A stretch of DNA of 64,000 nt from Felis catus (taxonomy: Eukaryota): assembly GCF_018350175.1 (NCBI RefSeq), contig NC_058368.1:148864001-148928000 (forward strand). Reading direction: 5' to 3'. Below the pieces are notes generated by a model that worked only from the letters and a program-made list of their open reading frames with translations, was not told where the DNA came from and ran no database searches. Position 1 is the first letter of the stretch; each line of letters begins with the position of its first letter. The position numbers and the translations under genes were made by a program. This document shows positions 24,995 through 37,827 of the stretch, one piece after another.

Positions 24995-26759
24995 CTTTGA
25001 CATCCTAGTTCTCTGAAATGAAAACTCTACCTTAATTATTCCATCATGGGTCTGCTCCAGTGAACTTCTATCACCTCAGACTGTCCTAAGTTGATACATA
25101 GCTCAGTCATCTTTCACCTGCACTAGATCTCACTTCCTACAACCTTTTATGTGACTTCATATGTTTCCATGTGTTTCATATGGCCATGTGTTTCATATGG
25201 CCATTATCTCTCTTGGTTAAGCTTAAATGAAGCTAACACACAGAAACACCTACTGCCCTATACTCACCAGGCTTTATATGAGTCTTGACTGCACTTGACT
25301 AGGTTTGGGTATTAAGTTGGCCGACATTTCAGTGGCATATTCCCTTCCCAGGGAAAGGTTTTCAGTTAGTCCAGATGATATAATCTCTTCTCAATGATTA
25401 AGTAATATAGTGTGTTCAAATAGAAAATAACTACATTTGCTTTATATAGTGTACCTTTTATATTAGAAAAAAAAACTGATGGCCTTGGATTCCAAGCAGT
25501 TCAAAAACCACACTAGCTATGAAACTGCTACATAGTAATATGAATAGTCAAAATAGTTTGATGATTTATGAATAGATGAAAATTTATTATTATTTAAATT
25601 TTAAGTAAGAATTTTATTTTCCTTTGTGTTCTTTTCTGTTTCTACGTTTCATGCCCTCTTCTTGTTTTTCACACCTCATTTACTTTTCTTTAGACCTCTG
25701 TTTGTCCTATATTTTATTCATTCCATTTTTCTTATGTTTCTCTCAACTACTGAGACCTCACTACTAGCATTATAGATACTCCTTGGGAAGAAATGGCTTG
25801 CTTTTCATTTCTCTGTTCTTTTACTTTATTTCCTGAAAAATTCAATGAGCAAATATACTCTCACATGAATATTCTGTCACAAGAGAAACCTAGGAGAAAG
25901 GTGATATCGGTCTTTTTAATGGGTTTCCCCCCATTCTTATGGCTCTGAGGGTCCCTAATTCTTCATGTTTTCTTTCCCATAGATAGTAGGTACTTTTGTA
26001 TAATATTCATTGGGAAACACTTGATACTCTGTGAATTCGTCATTATAGAACTAAATTAAGGAGGGTGGCATAAAGATAGATAGCTTACAAACAAGAGATC
26101 CAAATAACTGAAGGTAAAGCAACAAATCTTTTTTTTTTTTCCACTCATGCTTTTACCTGCTTTCCCGTTATACACAATTCATAAATTTGGAATTCTTTCT
26201 ACTGGAACCAATTTTAAGTGAAACAGTTTTTTTGTCATTTAATATCCATTTTAGTTCCCTTTAATTTGTATCTGTTTTTTGTGAAGCCACATAAGTCTGT
26301 ATTAGAAAGCTAAACTTAAGAATTGAGGATAAACATTTTGATAAAAGTAAACATTAATTTTGATTATGTTTCAATAAAATAAAAATATCCTTTGTGCTGA
26401 GCTATTATTATGATTGACTATGTAACTCTATAAGTCTGGTCTAAATAATATTTAAGTTGTTATTTGACCTATCCATTATTTATAATTTTTCCAGAGACCT
26501 TGTGATTATACCAAAGTATCTGTATCTAAAACTAAACAAAGATTACATTAAATTTACCTGATAAATCTTGTCCTTGCATGACTTATCTTAATGCGAAATA
26601 TCTCTAACCTATTAATGAAACATAAGCAACAATTTTAATTGTCAGTAAAATTATATACCTAATTTGACTTGTATTAATGTCTCTGGAGACATCTTTTACT
26701 TCTGTTAACTCTTTAAACACCTCCTGCCACTCCCTAGAAATACCTCACCAACCTCTTAG

Positions 26760-27070
26760 ATTTAAATCTGCTTAGTTCTCAGCTGAAATGTAACTTTATC
26801 AAAAAAATCCATCCTTGACTCTGCAGACTAGGATAAGTCTATGCTCTCAGAGTTCCCTTTCCTTCCTTTTGTAGCATTCATCACAAGTGCAGCCAAGCGC
26901 ACATTAGCATAAATAGTTACTGTTAACCGCCTTACTATTTATAAGGTTTCATATCATCATTATGCTGTTCATTGTTGTATTTCCAGTTCTCAGCATTTAG
27001 AATATGTCTTAGCTCTGACTATATTAAATAATGGGCAAATATTCGATCAATTGATTACTACATCAATGAA
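26760..27070 (+). mobile_element. LINE-2 3' end fragment
   Basis: tctcagctgaaatgtaacttt...ccttgact...tgttcattgttgtatttccagttctcagca. Confidence 0.55.
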
Positions 27071-27135
27071 ATGGCAGATGACAGTATAAGGAATACTGAA
27101 GTAAACATAAGTACTCAAGATTATGGTCTTTTTCT

Positions 27136-27361
27136 TTTTTTTTTTAAAGAATTTTTTTTCAACGTTTATTTATTTTTGGGACAGAGAGAGACAGAGCATG
27201 AATGGGGGAGGGGCAGAGAGAGAGGGAGACACAGAATCGGAAACAGCTCCAGGCTCTGAGCCATCAGCCCAGAGCCCGACGCGGGGCTCGAACTCCCGGA
27301 CCGCGAGATTGTGACCTGGCTGAAGTCGGATGCTTAACCGACTGCGCCACCCAGGCGCCCC
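27136..27361 (-). mobile_element. Can-SINE, young subfamily
   Basis: Perfect TSD tatggtctttttct 27122-27135/27362-27375; CpGs largely retained. Confidence 0.97.
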
Positions 27362-28058
27362 TATGGTCTTTTTCTATATGCACACAAAATCATAGGAGGG
27401 AAAAGACTTCAGAAACATAAAAAACACACATAAAAGGGAAATACAGAAACATGTATTTTAAACCTGACCCTCAAATTTAGCATTATTTGGTACTGTCAAG
27501 AAATTTATTTATGATTTCTTCCACTGTGAGACTCAGAATTAAAGTCAAATCATTCTTAAGCTTTCAATCTCAAAGGGATATGAAATCAGTAAACATACAG
27601 AATTTGGTTAAAAACACTCCAGTTCTTTCCTTAAAGAAAAGTTAGTGTTATTACATTATACAATTTACTATACTCCCATCAATAACATGGATTAATGCAT
27701 TTCCAAGGTATTTCCTCAGTCTATAAACATATTTTTTCTTCATAAGTCCTTTTAAGATTCTAGGTTCGTTTTTTTATAATTTCAAAACCACACAAGGACA
27801 AACAAATATAATATAATATCATACATCTATGTTCAAAGGAAGGGAGTTCCATAAATTCAGGGTTTAATTATTCACTGAGTATAATATGAAACATTTCCCA
27901 AAGTGAATTTCTTACTAAACCCTTTTAATATGGAAATGTGAAAGCTCTTCTATTCTAAACTCTTATTTATTGTTTCAACAAATATAACTTTAATATGTAC
28001 CATAAGACTATGGTATACCATAGTATAGTACCATCATGTACTATACTCACTTTTTAAA

Positions 28059-28062
<4 letters not shown>

Positions 28063-28122
<60 letters not shown>
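28063..28122. repeat. (GT)n(GA)n microsatellite
   Basis: Direct reading. Confidence 0.97.
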
Positions 28123-28123
<1 letters not shown>

Positions 28124-28139
28124 ATACATTTGCATATAC

Positions 28140-29030
28140 AACAGGGAGTTTCAGTCTAGGTGAGAAATAGTTCAATTAATCTTCTATTCTGATATAACTT
28201 GAAGATTTTTAAATAGTTTTTCACCATGTATTAGTTTTGCCTCAATACAGGAGGCTGTCAAAACCTTCATAGTGTAGGTGTCACCTGAACTGAGTCTTAA
28301 TAGATGTGAAAGATTATCCTATTATACTTGTACCTTGAGAATAATAGTAATGCTGAGTAATGGAGAAAAACAAGATTAGAGAAAGAGACGGAGATGAGAC
28401 CAGGAATTGCATTTCATACTAAGGAATATAAATATTCTTTTCTAGAAAATGGAGGCCATTGAAGGATTTTTAGCAAGAAAGCAACTGGAAGGTATTTCTA
28501 GCAATGTGGAAAATGGTTGAGAAGAACATTATACATAGATGACAATGGGAAGATCATTACGTTCAAGCAAGGGATTATGAAGATGCGAATTCCAAACTCA
28601 GGGGCCTGAGTAAATAAGGTTATTAACTCACATTGAAGATGAACAATGGATTTTATAGTGACATCAGTTTGAATACAAATTTAGCTCCTGCAAAATTGAT
28701 TTGATTCTTGATCATGTAGGTGGATATTCAAAGTGGTATAAAGAGAGAGATTAGATATGCAAAGTTTGGTTTAGATAGTTTAAGTGTTGGTTGTACCTTG
28801 AGGGTTGTATGGATAGTGAAGTCTAGGCTGCAGATGAAATATTCAGAATTCATAATGGCTAAGAAGAATTCAAAAGGAGAGAAACAGCATGCAGGGGCAG
28901 GAGAAGTAAAACACAGTGAATAGTGTGGCCAGAATGTAGCATGGTTTCAGCATGGTGTGGTACAAAGAGAACAGGGGTTTTGTTAGTTTAAGGAACTTCT
29001 CTGAAGTTACTGATGACCTTCACAGGTTTC
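28140..29030 (-). mobile_element. LINE-2 fragment
   Basis: gggagtttcagtctag; cacctgaactgagtcttaa; aatggaggccattgaaggatttttagc; actgatgaccttcaca. Confidence 0.6.
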
Positions 29031-29394
29031 CACAATATGATTAGATGGAATTGCTTCCAAGGTTTATCTGGTCAGTCTACTTTTACTGCCTAAATCAGTA
29101 CTAATAAAGGAGCTGGCTATAAAGGTTTACACAAGCTATCCATCTTTCTTTGAAATCAGGCAAGTCTTTTTATAACCAATATGTTACTTTCTTCCATAAG
29201 TCTTAAAGGCCCCTGATCTTACCCAGGACCCTTTTTGCATCATAAAAGTATAAACTAGACAATATTTACATGTATAATATGTATACTGATGTTATAACAT
29301 GCCTGAGGACATGGTTAACTTAGAGAAGCATACGTTGGATATAAGCACATGAAATCCTTTTAACGTTTTGTGTGAGACTGATTGAGTGAACTTC

Positions 29395-29737
29395 TTTAGC
29401 TTTTGCTTCTCTGGAAAACTCTGTACCACTCTTTCAATTCTCAATGACAACTTTTCCTGGTAGAGTATTTTAGGAAGTTTTTTTCTTTCAGCACTTGGAA
29501 TATATCATGCCATGCTCTTCTGGCCTACAAAGTTTCTGCTGAAAAAAATCTGCTGATAATCTTATGGGAGTTTCCTTGTATAAATTGTTTTTCCCTTGCT
29601 GCTTTTAAGATTCTCTCCTTGTCTTTAACTTTTGACATTTTAATTATAATGTATCTTGATGTGGGTCTCTTTGGGTTTATATTATTCGGAACTCTCTGGA
29701 TCTGGATGTTTGGTTCTTTCCCCAGGTTAGGAGAGGT
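29395..29737 (-). mobile_element. L1 ORF1 fragment
   Basis: ctttcagcacttggaatatatcatgccatgctcttctggcctacaaagtttctgctgaaaa, homologous to 61100-61380. Confidence 0.9.
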
Positions 29738-29794
29738 GATTAAAAAAAACTAACAGGTGTTAAAAAATATCCAACTGATAAATAAATAAATACA

Positions 29795-29797
29795 TAA

Positions 29798-29831
<34 letters not shown>
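29795..29831. repeat. (TA)n
   Basis: Direct reading. Confidence 0.95.
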
Positions 29832-30719
29832 GACTTCTAGCATGCATGGATTAACGGCTTTTTGTTAGAACAGTAGTGTTTATTATTTAATTATTTAGAT
29901 TCCTTCATAATAGATAATCTTTACACTCCATTGGCATGTTTAACAAAACTTTTTAACTTCAGAGAAATAGTTATCTATGGGAAAGGAGAACAAGCAGGCA
30001 TAGCTTTTGAGTACCTGTTCTATGTAGGAAGGACATTTTATTTCATGCTGGAGAAAGTGACACTAACACTCAAAGAACTCAGAAGTTAGTCATGACTAGA
30101 ACCTAAGTGCCATGAGGACTTAGACAACTTTGGGATTTTTGTTTGTTTGTTTGTTCATTTTTGAGTCTATATACTTTTTTTGACTGGTATTACCAACACC
30201 TGGAATATAACAGGCATTCAATAAATATCTTTTGAATTAATGAATAAATGGTGAATAAATGAAAAGTTATCAGTGAACTGAAAGGCAGTCAAAGGATTTC
30301 AAAGCTAGAAGAGAGGTATAAATAACAGACTATGGAAACACAGAGTGAAAGATAATAAATTCTGACCAGAGTGTTGGACCACATATATGGGGATGGAAAA
30401 ATCAACATCTGAATGGAATTTGAAGACTAGAGTTTTGACAAATACTTCAGGGGAATGAAGCCCAAAGGAACAACTTTCTAGCAGAGGAAATTCCAAAAGA
30501 TCAGAGATCAGAAATTCCAAATATATCAGAAAGCATATATTTAATCTGGAGAATAGAAAGTAGTCTGGTGTTAATAGAATTAAAAGACCCTGGTAGAGTA
30601 CAAGAGTGCTCCGAAGGTATGACAAAAGATGAGATCTAAAAGGTTGTTTGGAACCAAAGTGTAAAATGAACTGTAGCATGCTTTGGATTTATCCTATAGA
30701 CATGAGCTTTAAATAAACA

Positions 30720-31010
30720 AAAAGAAGAAGGATAAGAAGAAGGGGAAGGAGAAGAAGGAGAAGAAAGGGAAGAAGAATAAGGAGAAGAAGAAAGGAGAAG
30801 GTGAAGAAGGGGAAGAAGGAGGAGGAGGGGGAGAAGAAAGGTAAGAGGAGGAGAAGAAGAAGGAGAAGAAACAGAAGAGATAGAAGGAGAAGGAGAAGGG
30901 AGGAGGAGGAGATAGAAGGAGGAGGAGGAGGAAGGAGAAGGAGGATGATGACAACCACCAGAAAAAGAAGAAGAAAAAGAAGAAGGAGAAGGAAGGAAGA
31001 AGGAAAGAAT
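30720..31010. repeat. Polypurine (GAA/GGA)n low-complexity tract
   Basis: About 290 bp almost entirely A/G on the + strand. Confidence 0.95.
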
Positions 31011-31928
31011 ACTAAGAGTTCTGCTAAAATTGTTAGAACTATTATGTACTAATTTCAAAAAGGTTTGAAAATTTACAGTTTATCATTTTAATTTTGTTCA
31101 CTTGAATATTGCATGTATATTTGAAATTTTATGTTGTACAAATTCATATTTTCAAATTCAAAAATTTTCAAACTTTCTATGTTATATGTTCGGGTTCTAA
31201 AATAAGTCAATGCTGATTCAAAAAATAAAAAAGTCTATATTATGCCTTAGAAACAAAGTTTTAAAAAAAGTAAAGAAATTTGACCATCCAGGAAAACAGA
31301 CCAACGCACTTCTTAACGTAACACTGCATACCAGAAGATATTTGCACAACTATTTAAGACACACAAGCAAAAGAATGTGTGCCATTCTTTTATATGTTTG
31401 TATGTTATATTATATAAACACTTTTATATGTTTATATTATATAAACACTGTATTTTCTGGAAAAAAAGTTGATATAAGAGCACACAGTGGTGAAAGGACA
31501 ATATCATTCTCTTTCTAAGGCTTAATGTTGATCCATCAAATGCCCCTGGCCTCCATGTGATACTTCTGGATAAGGAAACATCAATGTTTGGCTTTGGTTT
31601 TGTTAATTAGCCAAAAATTCCTATTTGGCCTTCATTTTGGTCTTAGCCTTTAGGAGGCTAATTGAATGTCATATCTGGCATTCCTCAAACTGTACATGAT
31701 CAAACAATTCATGATCAAGTAAGTCACCATCATCATATCCAGTCAGTGTAAAAATGTGAAAAATATAGCATAGACATGTCATCTCATTTATTGTTTATCT
31801 CCTTTGAACCAAAATAATTACACAGTTGAAAATATAATACAAATCACAATAATGGATATTAAATTATACATTAATCCTAATCTTTCTGAGCAACTAATAT
31901 TCATAATATCAAAAAAATAAACTTTGTA

Positions 31929-32115
31929 GGACTTCTGGGTAGCTCAGTCAGTTAAGCTTCTTACTCTTAGTTTCGCCTCAGGTCGTATTTCCCTTCAGGA
32001 GTTTGAGCCCCACATCAGGCTTTGTGCTGACAGCATGGAGCTTGCTTGGGATTATCTCTCTCTGCCCCTCTTTGGCTCTCTCAAAACTTAAAACAAATAA
32101 ATTAATTTAAAAAGT
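31929..32115 (+). mobile_element. Can-SINE (degenerate)
   Basis: gtagctcagtcagttaagc...gagtttgagccccacatcaggc; TSD-like aaaaa.taactttg. Confidence 0.88.
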
Positions 32116-33845
32116 AAAAAATTAACTTTGAAAATATTTATGCAAATACATTTATATCCCAAGGAACTCAAGAAAATATTTTACTTGGAGCTTTTCTAAA
32201 ATGATAATGTACATAAGCAAGTGAACGCAAAAACAACGTATGTACATATATATAAATATATGTATATATGTATACACATACCCACTCTTGATGGCAACAG
32301 TCTACTCCTGACTATAGTTCTAAATCATCTTTTCAAGTGGTATGCATAAACTTTACTTTTTAGGATTACATTAGTAAATGTGCATAATCACTTTCAAACA
32401 AAACTTGTAGTCCAGGAGATAAATCCTTACCTTATTCAATCGCTTTTGAAGAGAATAAGAATTAAAGCTTAATGACTTGGTGGAAGCATTACCATTGCCA
32501 ATTCTGTCTATGGGTAGATTTAAAACCAAAGTAAAAGCCTTGCTCTTATTCACCTACCCATCAGCTTAGAGTTAAGAGTCCCTTTTAGAAACATAAATGT
32601 CCTTTTTAATAAATCACAGTAACAATTTAATATTTTCAGACTTTAAAAAATCAAGAAATTATCATTTCTCCATTACATTAAATTTTGACTATTTTAAATT
32701 ATTTTAAGTATCATAATTTATTATATTTACTTATATCATCCAGTTAACTCTTATATGCCAATAAATTTATTCTATGATGCTGATATTTAACTGTAGCTCC
32801 AGTTTTAACCAAATGTTGAGTTTAACTTTCAGTCATTTGGTAGCCAGCCAAATGTACCTGTAGCCACAATTATTCATAAATTCAGTTTAATTATACGATA
32901 ATCTGAAGCATTCTTTCATAAATTGTCCAAAAACTCTGAAAAACTCATGTTCAAGTAAATTATTAAATCTATCTAATGGTCATAAATGGGTACCTCAATG
33001 CAGTTGTTGTAATTCAGTAAGATTGGCTCCAAATATAATAATTCTCCTTCAAAGTGAGAATTAATGTGGCTTCAACATTTTTAGTATTACATTTACTAAA
33101 CATCACTAAGCACATTTCCCCCCCCCTTTTCCCCCCTATTTTCACAGGCTACATTTCTAGAAATGTAATTCATACTTGGTAAAGGTCTGAACATTTTTAA
33201 GATTTGTGGTACATACTTCCAAGATTATACCCATTCATTCTCCCACCAACAGTTCACGCAGGTAATGGTTGTGTATTTGACAGAGTTGACCCCACATGTC
33301 TTCCAGCAGGTCATACACAGCCCTTATGTCTGAAATAGTGCTTTTAACTGGGTAATTCATAGTGGGACAGTCACAACGATTGTTTCTTTTTCTTTCATTG
33401 ATTTCAAATTTCATTCAGACAAAATGAGTACTCTTACAACTTCATTCTGAACTACATAGAAAAGGTCATCTTTATCCATATCATGTATTGCACATTTGAA
33501 TCTCAATAATCACATTTATTTCACAGAATTCACTTTTCAAGATGTCCATAAAGTTTTCTTTTTCACTAGTGTATATAGTTGGCAGATACAATATCTTTAT
33601 AAGTGTTATACAAAATAGATTTTCTAGTTCACACATTTGTCTAGATTTTAACATGAATCATAAAATCCTCATAAAAAGAAAAAAAAGATAAAAGAAAAAA
33701 AAAACTCTTATACTGGGCCACAATAACAAAACAAGAATGATCATACTGTTAGTAAAATACATATTGTTTCCATCACCTTAGATCATTGCAGAATTAAAAA
33801 AAGGAATAAATAAAAGGAATAATGGCCTTTTATAATGGATATAAG

Positions 33846-34258
33846 TGTCATATCAGACAATGTCCTCCAGAGAATAGAACTAATAGGATAGAGATATAAA
33901 TTAGATACAGATAGATACAAATATACAGAGAAATTTATTTTAAGAAATGACTCATGCAGTTGTGGGGTCTGACAAGTCCAAAATCCAAAGGCAGTCTGGA
34001 AACTCAGGCAGGATTTTTATGTTACTGACTTGAAGCAGAATTCCTTCTAATCTGGGAAACCTCAGCTATAACTCTTTAAGCCTTCAACTGATTGAGACCA
34101 GTCCATATTATTAAGGGTAAACTCTATTACTTAGTCACCTGATTATAAATGTTAGCCATATCTAAAAAATACCTTCACAGCAACTACTAGATTAGTATTT
34201 GACTAAACGGTTGGATACTATAGCCTATTCACGTTGACACAGAAAATGTAACCATCTT
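33846..34258 (-). mobile_element. ERVL solo LTR (MLT2D-like)
   Basis: ctccagagaatagaactaatagga; gccttcaactgattg; aaaataccttcacagcaac..ctagattagtatttgac; gttgacacagaaaat.taaccatc. Confidence 0.88.
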
Positions 34259-35891
34259 ATCTATATTATATCAACTGCTATAAGAAAACAACATAATTTA
34301 TTAGGTTACAGATATTTTGTAATGACTATGTTCTTTTGTGTAAATTAATATAGCTCAGAATATTTTTAAAACATTATGTCTATGTATATTACTCCTTTGG
34401 AGACTGTAGATGATATCAAATAGAAAGAAATAACTTATCAAGGCATTATTAAATATACTAAAATTTTTTTCAAAATACAGCTCTCAGTCAGAATGGAGAA
34501 ACCTAGAGAAAACTGTTTATGTTTTTACCTAAGGGCATTCAGCATTCAGAGTGGAGATACATATTCAAGGTAATGATTTCTTCAGTATTAACAAGTTATA
34601 TTTTGAATCATTTACCTACATTGAAAATATTAATTTTAAATATTTAGGCGCCAAATTGCTTATCAATAAGGAGCATGTATAACACATAGATAAATGGAAT
34701 ATTTTTATGAGTGTTTCAGTGTTTTGTCTGCAGTCATTTGTATAAGGACAAGGAGTGATTGTTAAGTATGAAAATACGATGAATAGTGTATATAGATCCT
34801 TTTCCTAGAGCGTGATAAAATGTGGCTTGGAACAGTTAAGCCCATTACCACATTTTAAATGATCTATATAAGAAAAGAAGAGAAATTGACTTTGGGATAG
34901 TACAAAGGGATTTGTTGGAAAAAAAAGATGCAATCTTAAACAGGAATTTCCTGTCTTTTACAGGGAATACAATTCTGTTGTTTCTCCATTCCTCTGTGTG
35001 GGGAAAGACAAATTGCACTCTCCTCCTCAAACTAAGTAAGAGAACAGCAAAGGCTTCCTCTGAGTCATAGGAGGTGCTTGTCAGAAAGAATACATCTTAT
35101 TTCTAGATAGATTCTTGTAAACTGCAGAAACTTGCTGACTACTATCAGAGCGGAACACACATGGGTTTTTTAGAGTTGAATTATAGATGATGAAGCCGCC
35201 CCAGCCAATTGGGTGAAAAAAAAAAAAAAAAGGCTGCATTAGTGTGAGCTGCATTTCACCAACAATTTGGCAAGAGTGAAGGTTTTCCAAGTTCAAATGT
35301 ACACGGTTGAGTATAGCTAGACTTGTCTCATCTTGCAAAGATCATTCACAAAATGGCTGCTTGTCAGGATGAACAGACCCCTGAAGTATGATAATGGAGC
35401 TAAGGAACTGAGGTTGTGTCATGGAAAGGTGGCCAGACAAGGCAGTATCCAGGTGTCCTTCAGGGGTCCAAGGTGGGTGGAGGGAGTAGGGAAGGGGCAG
35501 ATGGGTATCCAAAGATTCTACAGAAAGAACCTGAAAGAGAAAGAACCACTGTTTGGACTCCTACTGTGGCAGAAGGTGTTGAATAGCTTTCAGGGGATAA
35601 GAGAAGACCACAAAAAAACTGCTAAGTATAGTGGCTTTTCTCCCTTTACCTCTAAACATTACTTCGTTTTAACCCAGGAGGAAACAGAAGCAACTGGGTG
35701 AATGGGAGAAGAGAGGTAGAAAGGCAAGGTGAGACAAAGAAACAGATCATGTTCCTTATTCTACTATGGAAACATAGATCAGGCCTGGTTATCAGAAGAG
35801 GAGAAGATTTGGGTTAGAAACAATGTTGACATGCTTTGCTTTATTATATAAAGAGAAAGCTGAAGGTAGCACACAAATCAAAAAATTTGAA

Positions 35892-36042
35892 GGGTGCTTG
35901 AGTGGCTCAGTCAGTAAAACATTGAATTTCAGGTCATGATTTCACAGTTCCTGAGTTTGAGCCCTGCATCAGGCTCTGCCCTGTCAGTGTGGAGTTTGCT
36001 TAGGATTCTTTCTCTCCGTCACTCTCTGCCCCTCCTCCACCT

Positions 36043-36102
<60 letters not shown>

Positions 36103-36122
36103 AATACAAACATTTTAAAAAA
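35892..36122 (+). mobile_element. Can-SINE (degenerate, long CT tract)
   Basis: gtggctcagtcagt...tttgagccctgcatcaggctctg, (CT)n. Confidence 0.9.
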
Positions 36123-36710
36123 GTTCTTTGATATAAAACATTCATGATGACTTCAACAAAGCCACATACATTATGATTCTGAGGAAATATAATCAAAATG
36201 GTGGATGTGTTTTGAATAGTATACTAGGCATATTTTATTCTACTGGACATTAAAATACCTAAAAACAGATTATATTAGCCAGTAGCTCAACATGAAACAA
36301 ATTTTAGTTTCTTACACTGACAGTAACTTAATACTATCATCTGTGGGCTGACTGTAGATTTTCCTGTTGACCTATTCATGAGGAAACTCATCACATTTGA
36401 ATATAGTATGCACTGAGATAGAATTTAGATTTAATATTTTGTAAGAATCTTAAAACATAAATAACTTATGTTTCCATCACAAAAGAATACTGTTAAACAA
36501 ATATCACTATTGTTACTATATTAAATATCATGATGCATCATTCATACCTCTGCAAATATTTCATAATTATGTAAACATAAATGTATTTTATTTATATAAA
36601 TTAACTTCATTCAGCAATAATTTTATATGTAACATAAGGGCCTTAACTTAACAGTGTTTCTTCTGGGGGTGGGGTATAAACTTTAGATTTATTCTACTAT
36701 ATAAAATCCA

Positions 36711-36934
36711 GGGGCGCCTGGGTGGCGCAGTTGGTTAAGCGTCTGACTTCAGCCAGGTCACGATCTCGCGGTCCGTGAGTTCGAGCCCCGCGTCGGGCTC
36801 TGGGCTGATGGCTCAGAGCCTGGAGCCTGTTTCCGATTCTGTGTCTCCCTCTCTCTCTGCCCCTCCCCCGTTCATGCTCTGTCTCTCTCTGTCCCAAAAA
36901 TAAATAAACGTTGAAAAAAAAATTAAAAAAAAAA
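36711..36934 (+). mobile_element. Can-SINE, young subfamily
   Basis: Near-consensus and CpG-rich; TSD ataaaatcca 36701-36710/36935-36944. Confidence 0.97.
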
Positions 36935-37094
36935 ATAAAATCCACACCTATTCAGTCTATTTCTGAAAATGTACTTAAGGTAATTAGGAAAATTTAGTAA
37001 TTTTATACACACACACACACAGATACATATACACACATACACACAAATCTGGACAGTCTCACTTTTTAAAAAAAAATTTTTTTTTTTCAACGTT

Positions 37095-37827
37095 CAACAC
37101 ATCAAGCAATTCTCCAACTCTCTGTGGACACCAGTTGGATGTCTTACATTAACATGTTTTAATTTAATTCTGACATTATCTACCTGGAGTTAGTGCCAGA
37201 TCTCACAAGTTGAAGGTTCAGCCCTGAAAGACTACACCACCTCATTTCAGATGCCAGTTGAAAGTCAAGACTGTCACCTGTGCATCTGACTGGCTATAAA
37301 TGGGAGATTCCTATGACCCCCTCCTCAGGTTTGATCATCTTCTAGAACAGCACACAGAGCTCAGGAAAATGGTTTACTTTTTAGATTACTAGTTTATTAT
37401 AAAAGGATACAACTCAAGAATAGGCAGATGGAAGAGATGTATAGGTCAAGGTATGGAGGGAAGGGTTAGAGTTTCCATGCCCTCACTGTATGGGCCATCC
37501 TCATAGAACCTTCATGTATTTACAATGCAGAATCTCCCTCAAAGCCAGTAGTTGAGGCATGATTTCTTAAATCCTTGGCCATAGGTGTTCCTCTTTCTTT
37601 AGCCCCTCTCCCCTCCCTGGAGGTTAAGGGGGTGGAGCTGAAAGTTTCTAGACTCTACTCATTATCACTTGGTTGGTTCCCCTGTGGCTATACAGGAGTA
37701 CCCAGCCATAGTCCTCTCAGGAGCCTACAGAAACATTTGTCAAAGATTCCAAGGCTTTTAGGGGCTATGAGGCAAGAAAAAAATAGGATGGAACAGGAAC
37801 CACATATTTATTTCAAATTATGCCACA
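37095..37827 (-). mobile_element. Solo LTR (MER21C-like)
   Basis: caagcaattctcc..ggacaccag; aattctgacattatctacctggagttagtg.cagatc; gtttattataaaaggatacaactca; gattccaaggcttttaggggct. Confidence 0.85.

Noticed and set aside
25262..25400. Minus-strand donor CTG|GTGAGT with an upstream open stretch
   Set aside because: The frame stops just before the donor and there is no clear acceptor.
30305..31058. Poly-Ser/Leu/Arg/Glu ORFs
   Set aside because: Translations of the GAA/GGA low-complexity tract.
35333..35870. 122-aa ORF in a purine-rich block
   Set aside because: Non-ATG start, no recognisable domain or splice structure; possibly an old LTR that I could not assign.
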